DNA of 64,000 bases from Hormiphora californensis (lineage: Eukaryota > Animalia > Ctenophora), in the NCBI GenBank assembly GCA_020137815.1, contig CM035360.1, positions 1,054,001 to 1,118,000 of the forward strand, read 5' to 3'. The notes below the pieces were generated by a model, which did not search any database, was not told the origin of the DNA, and was given only the letters and a program-made list of their open reading frames with translations. A program made the position numbers and the translations under genes. Shown here piece after piece: positions 22,645 to 34,500 of the stretch. Every line of letters begins with the position of its first letter. The first letter of the stretch is position 1.

Positions 22645-25600
22645 CTAAGATTCCAACATAGCCTTGATCTGAGTTTCCAATTTAACCTGGTTAGGGGATG
22701 GTGGTGAGAGTTAGAAACCAGGTTAGGGGGTGGTGGGAGGTTAGTTGATTATATACAATATATATGTTCTTACAAGGGGTGGTGGAGGTTAGTTTTTACC
22801 CTCCTTTACAATATATCGTGGTCAGAGAGAGGGTTAGGTTGAGTAAGAAAAGGGGGGGGGTGAGAGTTACAATTCACAAATCATTTAATGCTAGTAAACG
22901 ATCTGCCGATCTATTTTTTTTCTCTGTGCTGATGTTGTTTATCAACAATCATACGTTACCTGATCTACGGCAAACTTCCTGATTCCCTCGGCCAACTTCT
23001 CGACAGCCATGGCGTCCTCATTGTGGGCGTATCTGGTGGAAATTGAGGGAGTCAGTTTTATTATTTTAGGGGGATGGAAGGAGGGGTCAGAGTTATCATG
23101 TTAGGGGGTTAGGAGAGATCTCAAGTGGTAACTGTGCACACAGCTGTGGGCGTTTCTGGTGGCAGGGGTTATCATGCTAGGTTAGAGGTAACTGGGGGGG
23201 GGGGGGGGCAGTTGTGGGCATATCTGTCAATTAATAGACTCAAATCTAAACTGAGCAATAAATAAACTCTGAAGATCTAAGAATCACGTCCTACCGGTAG
23301 TCCTTCTCGTTGAGAGAGATGAAGTCATCACCGAGCTGTGGGGCACTTTCCTTGTTTAGTTTTACCTCCAGGGACCTCGTGTCATTCTTGAGCTCGTTCA
23401 ACAGCTTCGGGCTGATAGGAGTTTGGTTGTGGTGAGATAAAAATGTATTAATCATGAAAGTTTCAGTTTTAGTACTGCTGTCAGATCCCGTTCAAAAGCT
23501 TTAAATTATAAAAGAGAGAGATACAAACTAAATTTGAAAGTTCCAGTGATGAGTGTGAGATTGTAAAAACCATCTCATGGATATATAATATAGATAACCC
23601 CGGCTAGTAGAGGGATGAAATCTGATATACCACCCTGTCAGGGTTGTATATCAATACGATATCCACGAGGAGCGAAGCGACGAGGGGAATATCGTGTGAT
23701 AATCCCCGGCAGGGGATTATCAAATTTCATCACTTTACTAGCCGTGGTTATTTCTTATAAAACGACCCCGGGAATTATGAAAGGTGTGAAAACAGAGGGA
23801 GGGAATTATTTGATATACCACAGTAGACTGCGGGAAATATCAGCAGGGGGGGTGGTTTATATCTCTATAATACCTAATGGTTAGGTAGTCACATCCTAGC
23901 AGGCCGCTGATCTGTTTAGTATTCCTAAAACTGGCCCCCATCACAATTGTCTTGTAACCGTGTCGCTTGTAGTAGTTGTAGATCCTTCGAACTGAGATTA
24001 CACCTAGCAGCGGGAATGGAAGGTGTTAGAACTAAGAAATGCCAAATTACATATTCGACGCCAATTATGCCCTTTTGGAAAATTCACCCATGAAACTACA
24101 TACTCAATAAACCACGTATCTCGATATATAATAAGTCACGTACCAGGGTCATCATCTTCAGTGAATGTTTTCTTGTCTCCATGGGCAACGAACCAGTCGA
24201 AGATTCGTCCAACGAAGGGAGAAATAAGGGTAACACCCGCCTCCCCGCATGCAACAGCCTATTAGAAAAACAGCGGTAAATTTATAATACCGGGCCCTAT
24301 ATAAATAATAAAAGGCCAATATAAGGGACAAGCAAAGATGATTAAATGAGACAAGATAATCAAGAAAGAAAAAATGAAGAAAAAACGAGAATGAAGATGT
24401 TTCAACCTGAGCGAACGAGAAAAGAAGAGTCATGTTGCAATGAATTCCCTCTGCTTCCAATATTTTAGCAGCTTGAACACCCTCCCAGGTAGTAGACAGC
24501 TTGATTAGCACTCTCTCCCTGCTGATCCCTGCCTCCTCGTACAGCTTGATGAGCTTGTGGGCCTTTGTTACCATCCCTTCCACATCAAATGATAGCCTGG
24601 GAAGGAGAATGTAGGATCATTACCTTGTTAGGAGTCTGAGATGTCCATATAAGGTATGTGGTTATATGCTATATATCCATATTTGGACATAATATAATGT
24701 ACCTGGCATCAACCTCAGTAGACACTCGGCCAGGGACAATGCCCAGGATTTTAGTTCCAAAAGCAACGAACAGCTTGTCCGTAACGTTCACAACTTGCTC
24801 ATCCATCGAACTGGAATGGGAGAAAAGTAAATAATAAGAGCGAAAGTAGTCCTGTAATTAGGTCAGTTCTTTGATTTACATTCATATTCAACACAACTTA
24901 CCCTCCCAGGGATTTTCCATATTCCACGCACTCTTGTACAATGGATGAGTATTGTGGCATCTGTACGACAGAGAGAATCAGGGAGGGGTTAGTCGTGGCA
25001 TCTTGGGGCGTATACTGGGCGATAGCTGAGGGGAAACGAGAGGAAGGGTTAGTTTATTTTGATAAGACACTCTAAACAAGCTAATTTGTATATCATACTA
25101 CTTACTAAGCAAATTGTGTAACGGAGGTCACCTAGCAACTACACTTGCACGTGCAATTATTAGAGGGACCTGGAGAGTGGAGACCTCTCTCCCAGTTGCA
25201 GTTGGGTACCAAGGGGAAATTCAATTCTGCACGTGCATTCTTTTACTTCTGTCCTGGTGTCTAGCTCTTCCACCCAAAGTGCTATTCGGCAACGTTTATC
25301 TAGGTCCAGGAGAACTGCTGCTGTCAGGGAGCAGGCTGGAGAATATGACAGATTACGCCAACGTGTTCAAGCGAGCCAATCAACGACTACGGATAGCTTT
25401 ACCCAAAGTCGCCCAAGGGTGATTACTCCAGTCGAATATAGAAATCTCCAAATCGGCTACATAGCGGCCAAGTTTTCACGTGATGAGTTTCTGGAACAGC
25501 ACTGCACCTCCATGACATTGATCTCTTAAATTCGCACCTCGACATTGTCAGGAAGCCCAGAGCGTACACCAACATGAGTAGGGAGAAAGTGAGAGATAGG

Positions 25601-25834
25601 CTAGGAACGGATGGTGCAGGTGATGTCAACGTTCCCTAATCCAGCTATCATTTCCCCGAAATTCGCCCGTAGGGCGAACGGGCCTACTAGTATATAATAT
25701 GAGAAAATAGAGTGGACGAATAAGTTAAACTAAAATCAGCTTGCGTTCACTACAAAAGGGTAAAACCTACCGTCGAAATCTCCAGTGTCAGCCACTACAA
25801 CAGTGTGCTTCTTGAGTTGTTCTAGACAAGACAT
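22645..25834 (-). CDS. TALDO1: Transaldolase (9 exons)
   Basis: Exons encode [54 protein letters not shown]...[37 protein letters not shown]...[26 protein letters not shown] and [12 protein letters not shown]. Confidence 0.96.
23586..23871. mobile_element. Probable small palindromic non-autonomous element in transaldolase intron
   Basis: Imperfect inverted repeat (ATAACCCCGGCTAGTAGAGGGATGAAAT...ATTTCATCACTTTACTAGCCGTGGTTAT) around a GAGCGAAGCGAC core. Confidence 0.45.
25093..25690 (+). mobile_element. Non-autonomous Helitron in transaldolase intron 1
   Basis: A|TCATACTACTTACTAAGCAAAT 5' end; 3' GTTCCCTAATCCAGC...TTCGCCCGTAGGGCGAACGGGCCTACTAG|T. Confidence 0.8.
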
Positions 25835-26196
25835 GACCCCCTAGAGAGATGAAGAGAGAGGAATATTAGCTTAAATGTACCAAGGGGATGGGTCGTGACT
25901 CGTAGGGCGCCACTGAGCAAGGAATGGGGGAAATCAGAACAAATGTCCGAGAGAGTAATCGTAACTGAATAGAGCCACCAAGAAAATGAGAAAAACTTTG
26001 GAAATAGTATACCATGGTCGTGACTGTTTCGTTAATGAATCTAATCAGAGAGGGGGGGGGGAATAAAGATGCAGAATTCCGTGAGAGAGGGTGCAGGTAA
26101 AATGGGATAATGCTCTGGAAATCCTTAATTCGGGAAAACTTCATTTAGAGGCCTTGAAAAAAAGGGGCAAGGTGTGATAGAGATGGTGCTGTAGGG

Positions 26197-26305
26197 CAGG
26201 AACCGACCGAATAAGGAAATACTGATCCCTGATTGGCTGATAATCGGTCACGTGACCTAAATAACGATTTTTGATTGGTTGTTTACTTGTTTCGGTCGGT
26301 TCCTG
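26197..26305. mobile_element. 109-bp MITE (CAGGAACCGACCGAA TIR)
   Basis: TIR pair visible. Other copies at 34901-35086 and a half copy at ~28229-28280. Confidence 0.8.
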
Positions 26306-26601
26306 CCGGAGGGGGAATGGAGATTTGAGGGGGAATGGCAGGGGGAATGGCGGATTAATAATAACCATTGAAAATACAGTTTTGGGGAAAAAAGTTAACA
26401 CTACAGCTATACATACTACAATAGTATTTATATTCAACTTTAATAATGATATTTCATAATGATAAATGTTAACCCTTAGAAAAACTGTTCATAATAACTT
26501 AAACGGAAGTGATGAATTATACAACTCAGATTCAATAATGATGACTCTCAAAACTTGATTTCTAATAATATAGAACTACCCAATCACCGGTTTAATAATA
26601 A

Positions 26602-27438
26602 TAGGGTCAGAATTTTGGCCTCGATAGGAAAAAGTTTTGCAACAAGCTAATTTGGGGCTAATTTTTCTTGTTATGTTCTAAAGTCGAGTTTTCTGCCCTT
26701 TGGATTGCCGATGGAGGATTCGAATTTTTTTCTTATTCTCTCTTTCTCCCCCTTCCTCTCTCCCTTCCTCTCCCCTACAACAAAGTCCGATTAATCAACC
26801 TCCTCACCGGTCCATCCTCACCGGCTGCTGTGCCGCATTTAAACAGCCCTCTCACTTTCTCTCATTGCAAAAAAGTTGTATTAGAGACTAATGAAAAGTG
26901 TTCCTCATATAAAATTACGTATGAAATTGTGTTGGTGGGGCCTTTAAATGTGAGTATATCAGCAGAGAGATTATTGTTACAAAGTGGTGAGATCTCTCTC
27001 AGCTCCCTCTCTCTCCTTCTCACTTCTCTCTCCTTCTCACTTCTCCATGCGGCCCGTTACAACCCTTGCAGCTGTTTGCAAAGTTGAATAAGTTAACTCT
27101 TACCGTTTTGGCGTTATTTGCAGTCAAAGTAGGCCAATTTACTCATTTTTGGCATTTTCGGCTACACCGTACCTGCACCCCCCCCCACTAATACGAGGAC
27201 GCTACACACTTTGGTGCCACATTTTGTCTCTAATCCTTTCCTAAGAGAAGTTATAAACATACATGTTTTTGGCCTCAGACTGAAAATACAGATACCATGC
27301 CCTCCTGAATTTTGGTATGTTGCAATGGGAGTCAGACGTCAAAAAACTCAGGGGTGTTAGAGGATCCTATTAGGGACACATTGGTGAAAAAATTAGCTTG
27401 TTGCAAAATTATTCCCTACCAGGCCATTCCCGCCCCTA
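26602..27438. mobile_element. Degenerate TIR element
   Basis: Imperfect inverted ends (TTTTGCAACAAGCTAATTTT vs AAAATTAGCTTGTTGCAAAA). Internal motifs are shared with the 16927 element (CCCCCACTAATRCGAGGACGCTACACACTTT) and the 55261 element. Confidence 0.5.
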
Positions 27439-28315
27439 TATCATGGAATAAAACTAAAACAACAACGAACAAATTTGTTCAAAAAGGGACTACCCGCAAG
27501 GCCAAATTTATTGAACAAAGGACCTTTGCAGAAGTGGTATCACACAGGCAACAACACACCCATTCATAGTGCGCTCTGCACAAAAAAAAGAATAAACAAA
27601 CAACTAATAAACGACTTGCTGACACTCACGCACGGGGAAAACACACAATACGCTATTCAAGAGGATCCCTTTCTCTTGACGACTGCTCTATAGCGAGCGA
27701 GATTGTTACTTTAACTAGAGAGAGCAAAAGAGAAATTCTTACACTAACTAAAGTGAGAGGCAAGGGTTTTTGTCTATGAATGAGAGCACCTCATTAGTGC
27801 ACTAAGTTACCCCTCTTCATGACACGTAAACACCTAAACTAAACAGCGGTATAATACCCTGGAGTTATAAAGCTACAATGTTTATCTAAGGCACACAGCT
27901 CTGTCCTTCCTCTATCAAACATTTTCACACGGAAATATAACCAGCACAGCACGTTGTTAAATTATGATAATAAAATGTACTCCCCGAACACGGTAAAATA
28001 TTATTAAGTGCAGTGTGCACACTGCACTTATATAAGTGGATGACTAACGCTATTCAATTAAACCCTTCAAATCTAAATCAAAAAATTATAGCAATAGTAA
28101 ATGGCAATCGGTTCTAATATTAGCAGTTAAAATAATGGTTCAAAATCTTCAAAAGTGGTTTAAACGGTGTAAATAATGTCTAAAAGAGAGTTCTAAGCGG
28201 GCTGGTTCACATTGTTTATAGGTTCACAATCGGTTATCAGCCAATCAGGGACCAGTATTTCCTGATTCGGTTGGTTCCTGGTTTATAGGTTGACAATCGG
28301 GGGTGGGTTACTGGT

Positions 28316-30296
28316 TTATAGGTTGACAATCGGGGGTGGGTTACTGGTATCATCAGCGGGCTGGAATCCAAGAACTTTGCCATAAAAGTAGATTTCATTG
28401 CTTAGACATCTCTGGATATTAATAGCCTTCCTAAACCCGTGACCCTCACCCTCATACTCCACATAGAAAGTAGGGATCCCGTTCTTTACCGCCGCATTGT
28501 AGAGGGGTGTTGTGAACTGTGGAGGACAGATTTTATCGACTGATCCTTGGAAGAATCCAATGGCACCGGACAGTTTGTCAGCGTGGAATATCGGTGATCT
28601 CTCCTTGTACAGGTCCTCCTGTTCAGATAGCTTCCCAACCAGGTTCTCGCAGTAGTGAGACTCAAACTTGTGGCCTATTTCGCATTCGGGGGAACTCAGG
28701 GCCCGCAGATCGCACAACCCGAAATAGCTGACTCCGGCCTGGAAATAATTCCTGAATGTCATCATGGCCATGGTTGTGTACCCTCCAGCACTTCCACCGC
28801 TAATCGTCAGTCGTTTTTTATCCACTCGATCTGATTTAACGAGGAACTCCGCACCGGCAATCGCATCATCAATGTCATAAACACCCCAGTTCCCGTAGAG
28901 TGCTCGTCGGAAATCCCTGCCCAGACCGTTGCTACCACGGTAGTCCACGAGGAGAACACCGAAACCCCGGCTGGTGAAGTACTGAGTATTGTAATCGAGA
29001 TTATTAGTTACCATCCCTGATGGGCCTCCAGTGGATTTTTACTAACAGGGGAGGTTTTTCATCGGTCTCGACTTTGTCAAAATCAGGATTTCGAGGAGGA
29101 AAGTAGAATCCGTAACACACCATGCCGTTTGTAGTGGGGATTGTGAGCGTTTCTGGGATGGAAATGTACGGACGGAGGTGTTCTGGAGCTTGACTCTCGT
29201 TGGTAACGACGAACGGCCCCGGGTGTACCGCCCGTGCCTACCCACGGACATCTCGTAATAGATAACGAAACTGTAAGACTCGAGTAACATCCGCCAAACC
29301 AATAACGAATACCGTGTCTTTGAAGCATTGGACGCAGCCGAAGGTACCAAATTCGTAGCCAGCCTCTCGGACAATATTCGAGAGATCGGTCTTGGTGGTA
29401 CCGTCAGGGTTTAGCAGGAGGAGACTATCCTTGGCCGCAATTACAATCCCTTGGTCAGTAACACCAAAACCGGGATGACCAGCAATCCACCCATACGGGA
29501 AACCCATGTCCTTGTCAATCTTGTGGACTGGACCAGAATCATCTTGAGATGACCATAGTTCCAGAAACCAGTTTTATCCGATATGAAGAGACAATTATCA
29601 TGAGTCGCAAGGTATGGCTGAAGATTAGACCCTTCCTCTCGGACCACGGTAATGTCTCTAACCGAGGGGGTGCCATCCTCCCCCACAACCAGCGTTCCCT
29701 TGGAAATGGTGGTGGTGTCCCATGGCATGTTGGGGTGTTCCAGGACACAAAGACGATCTGATCTCCACAGGTGCGGGCACCTCGGTAAAAATCTGCCCCT
29801 TCCACTAGGATAGTCTGGGAACCAGTTTCAACATCAATCGCCACGATAGAAACGGTGTTCGGAACTTCAGCGTCCCGTCGGTGGTCTTCACGAATCATGA
29901 TGATTTTATTTATGAAGGAGCAGTAGTCGCGTCATTGTACCGAAGCACTTTGGGACCATACTCCCCAGTTGTAACGGGCTCGGGAGTATTTTCAGGGGTG
30001 GTCTGCTTGTATAACCGTTGATCTGTGATATTCACAAAGTAAAGAGTATTGTTGAGGGGAAAGAAGTCTCCAAATCCGTACTCATAGACGCTGGAACAAC
30101 TGCTAAACCCCTCAGGGACCCACTCTACAACTTTGGTCTCAGGATCACCCGAACGAATTACATACTGCCCAGATGGCTTCTTGACTCGCCAAAACAGATC
30201 ACCTCCAACGGGATCAACAACAGTGGCTGATATCTCCTCCGCGGCAGATGTTACAATATCAAGTGTAATAGGAGATTTCCACTCACCGTAACCCAT
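28316..30296 (-). pseudogene. S9 (prolyl oligopeptidase / acylaminoacyl-peptidase-like) gene, intronless, with ~5-6 frameshifts (pseudogene or assembly errors)
   Basis: YGEWKSPIT N-terminus, WN.P.MPWD, GFWN, PPLLVKIH(GGP), VDYRGSNGLG, catalytic GGSAGG, QGSVDKIC and EGEGHGFR are spread over successive frames. Confidence 0.85.
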
Positions 30297-31346
30297 AATA
30301 ATGATAAATCGGCTAGATAGGGGAAGTGGTATGTTAGTTACATCTCACAAGTCACACTATTTTACTTCTATCATTTCAAATCATCATGTAAGTATCAGTC
30401 CTTTTGTTTCTAATGTAGTTAATACTAATGGGTTGCAGCCTCCTGGGTGTTTATAATTCGATTGTTGGGGAGCGGGCTGTATTCTCTACGTTACCACATA
30501 GAAAACCTGTTGATCTGAAAGCCCAATTACACATGGGAATATATGAAGATTGAAGTTTTCTCTACACTGTTCGCCACTAGAGGCGCCCCCATTCCTCCTC
30601 TTCCATTTCTTTGCGGGGCGCTTTTCTAAACAGGATCATTGGAACTAATGTATACATTGGCGATATATAGACCCTTCTTTTATTCACGCTAAATAGTGCA
30701 AGGCAATGGAGATTTGTAATCCTTGGCCTTAATTCCATAATATTTATATATCCATCATGGGTAGTGTACTGTTTAGTAAGCAAACTCGTTTCCGGCCTAA
30801 CGGCCCGATTCTCGAGTTGCTGAACTCAATTTGGGTGGAAATAGGTTATTTCCACCGAAACAATTGATTTTCAAAAAGAGACTATGTGGTACTATGTGGT
30901 AAAGGATTGAGAATAGAGTGAAACTCGGGGAAACTCTGTTTCAACCTGCTTTTAAATACCAACCTGCTTTAAAATCAACGGTACACTATCCTATGATGTC
31001 GGGGGAGTCACTTTCTTAAAGTGGCCCGGGCTGACGTGAAGACCTTATCATTGACCACATCCTTAGCCTCCTGCTCTAGTTAATTAGTGGTGTCAACTAT
31101 CTTACAGCATCTCAGCCTTGACACATCTAAACTGACGTTGATACCTTGACCATCTCTATTATAATTTGGAGATGAACGTCGAAGTCGTTCGTTCAGCGGT
31201 ATCTAAGCGACAGACTGCTCCTTCATAAAACACTTTAAGTGCCCAAAGCTGTAAAGCTGTTATTCACACTTTTGGAACTTCCAGTAGAAGTTTGTTAATA
31301 TTTTCGAATGAATTTTAACAGGTCAGTCCCCATAGTCACCAATTCA

Positions 31347-31360
31347 GTTGCCATGGCAAC
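31347..31360. promoter_or_regulatory. Perfect RFX X-box palindrome GTTGCCATGGCAAC upstream of the GALNT gene
   Basis: Exact match to the X-box consensus. Function is inferred only. Confidence 0.45.
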
Positions 31361-31542
31361 CGTGTTATTGACGTTGAAAGGGGGCGAAAACTGAAAAGAA
31401 CCACCCGGCGAAGCCGGGTGGGTTATCAAAATGCCCTTACTTGAGGCGCACCCAATGGGTGCGCTAGTACTTTTAAATATCTGCACTGTCGTCGTTTCTA
31501 TAAAACTATTTTTAATTTATTGCAGGAAAAAAAAGCTAGAAT

Positions 31543-34500
31543 ATGTCACCTGTTCTTCGTTACACGATTATGACAATTTATGGACTTTGTTTGATAATAA
31601 TTTTTGTTCGAGATTGGCATTTTCCAATGGTCACGTCTCAAAGTTACAACCTCAAATTTTGAGATCGCCCAGAAGCCAGACCTTTACTTGTAAGTCTTAC
31701 CACTTGTTTTGTTTGACAATATGAAGTGCTGAAGTGATACTATTTTTGCACTCTGTCTCTACGACATATCTGGAACTATGATAGTCTAGGGGGGGGGGGG
31801 GGGTAGTCTAGGGGGGGGGGGCTTTTTATTGCCACACACGGTAGGACAGGATTAAAGTTTACAAGTTTACAAGTTTACAAGTTTACAATTAAAGTTTTAT
31901 TTATAAAGAAACAGGCCTTCCCTGAATGGGTCCACCTAAATAAAATCAAGTTGAAAAAACTATCCCTTCACACTCACACTCATCAGCACAGCACAGCACA
32001 TTGAGGCGAAAGGTCATTTGGAAGTGGCGGGTACCCTCTGACTGGAGGACGATCGTGAAATCCTGTCAAGTAATTGCCCAATGATGATTTGAACTGATTC
32101 AAGCTCACACAAGAATTGACAGCAGCAGGTAGAGTGTTCCATAAATGAGCTGCTCTTGGGCCAAATGAGCAGTGAAATTGATTAGCTCGTTTCGTTTCTG
32201 CTCTATAGGGGTAAGGTGGTGGGACTATCCGCATACCCAGTCTAGCGTGCTGTTGAAATACTAGGTTGGCAGAGTTAGGTACAAAACCATGAATCGTCTT
32301 CCACACATGTATCAGAATGTAGCGCTGTCTCCGACGCTGAAGGGACATAAGATTGAGCAATTTCAGTCTATCCCAATAGTCATGACCCTGCATACCATCA
32401 AGACGTCTGGTGAAACAACGTTGGACATTCTCAATAGCCTTGATATCACAGGATTATAAAGATAACTTTTCAGCGAGTCTCCCAGGGCAACCAAGTTACG
32501 GTTCCTGTTGGAGGAAAATCTAAAATTTGGATCCCACCTTAAGAAGCTGAACACAGAGCTGTTTGATAAGAGAGAGGGGTACCATGAGGAGTTCATAGAT
32601 ACCTTACCGATAATTAGGGATGATATTCGGGATTCTGCCCCTGAACAGTGAGTTACAATGTTTCTTGGGGGGGGGGGCTTCTAACACGATGCAGAGTGCT
32701 GACCCACTGACATCCCGATCAGGTGTGCGAACAAGACATACAAGAAGAGTACGACACGAGTTTCAGTGATTATCAACTATCACAATGAACTCTTGTCCCT
32801 TATGCTCCGATCGATTTACACTGTCCTCCTGTCAATACCGGAGGAGAATCTTGAGGAACTGATTTTAATTGACGATGCTTCGAATCTTACAAGCCATTGT
32901 AAGTCTAGAACTCTAGGGATTCTTCATTATACCATCAGCTGTTCTTTCTTTCAGATGATTTGACTTTTGTGGAAGACCTAGTTAAGTTATTTGTTGTTCC
33001 CGTGAGACACTTCCGATTTGAGGAGAATTTGGGGCTGATCTACAGTCGACGATTCGGATGTATCAAAGCTACTGGTGATGTAAGAATATCAAATTGAAAA
33101 CTCGTCTAATATCATGTATTTATATGTTCTAACCCTCCTTTACAAAATGTGTCGTGGGGCACAGAGAGAGAGGGGGTCATGCCTAATGAATATTTTTCAG
33201 GCGGTGTTAGTCCTTGACAGTCACATTGAGGTAAAGCCAGGGTTTCTGGAACCACTGTTAGAGATAGTTGACAAGAACTACAAAGTAATCGCTGCACCCG
33301 TCTTCGATTTTTGGGACACTTTTAATGACAATGTAGGTTTCATGAGAACATACCACTTTTTCTCATTTTTCGATGTCATTGCCAGCCGTTCGAAATGAAT
33401 TTTTACTTTTCAGTATTGGTCGTATGACTGGATGGCCCTGGGTTATGACCGCTACCTAACATGGATCTTCCACGGTGTTCCAAAGACACCGGAGCCCTTC
33501 GAAACCCCCGCCATAATGGGAGGGGCGTTCCTGGCTTCGAAGCGGTTCCTCGAGGAGATTGACTACTTCGGGGCGGCCATGGAGGGTTGGGGCTTTGAGA
33601 ATATCGAGCTGACTCTGAAAACATGGAACTGCGGTGGGAGTGTGTATTATGTTCCCTGTTCAAGAGTGCTACACTATGCTGCGAGGAGGTCACCCATGAA
33701 ACATGGAGACAGGAAAACTCCAAAAAATATTTTTCTTAATGCTCTCATTGTAGCCAAGGTCAGTACAGACTAAAATAGGAATCCCTACTTACATACCAAC
33801 AACCTCCATACCAACATCCCCCATACCACATAGGTATGGAGGGTGTTGGTATGGAAGCGTTTTGTGAGGTTCAGTGACCTCCATACCAACTCATAGATTA
33901 TATTTAGAGAGTTGGTATGGAGGGTATTAAAGTCTCTATAACGCTTCCATACCAACTCGATGCGGCCATACCAACTTGTGAAAATCCTTGATATCTGGGT
34001 GTATGGCACTGTCAATTAGAGCTGTCCCGATGTACGATTCAATTACACGATTCATATCACGATACGGTATTCAAGTGGCTTCGCTTTGGGTGGGGTGTGC
34101 CTTTCACGTACTGAGTGTGTTTAGTTTAATGCAATACAAACATAAGATATTACAGGAACTACTACAACGGACGACGCGATAATCCTCCATACATCCACCC
34201 ATACATCCACCCACTGGCCACTATAGCCATTCTGATCTCCCCGACTGTCCTCGAGTCATCAGAAATGTGCTCCTCAACCTCTCTCTTCTAATCTTCCCGA
34301 TTCCCACTTCTTCCAAAATCCCTCCACGTCGGAGACACTTCAAGATCCGGCACGATACCCAGGACAGCGATACCTCTCGCATCTGACTCTGTGTTCGGTA
34401 CCAATAAGGATTAAGGGTACCTGCACTGGGTATCGTGGATGTCGGTTGGAGTAAGACTGAGTTACTGGGGTCTCCCCTATATTTTCCATCAAGGCTAGCA

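Noticed and set aside
30573-30588. CTCF-like motif GCCACTAGAGGCGCC
   Set aside because: Imperfect single match; CTCF is bilaterian-restricted and this looks like a non-bilaterian genome.
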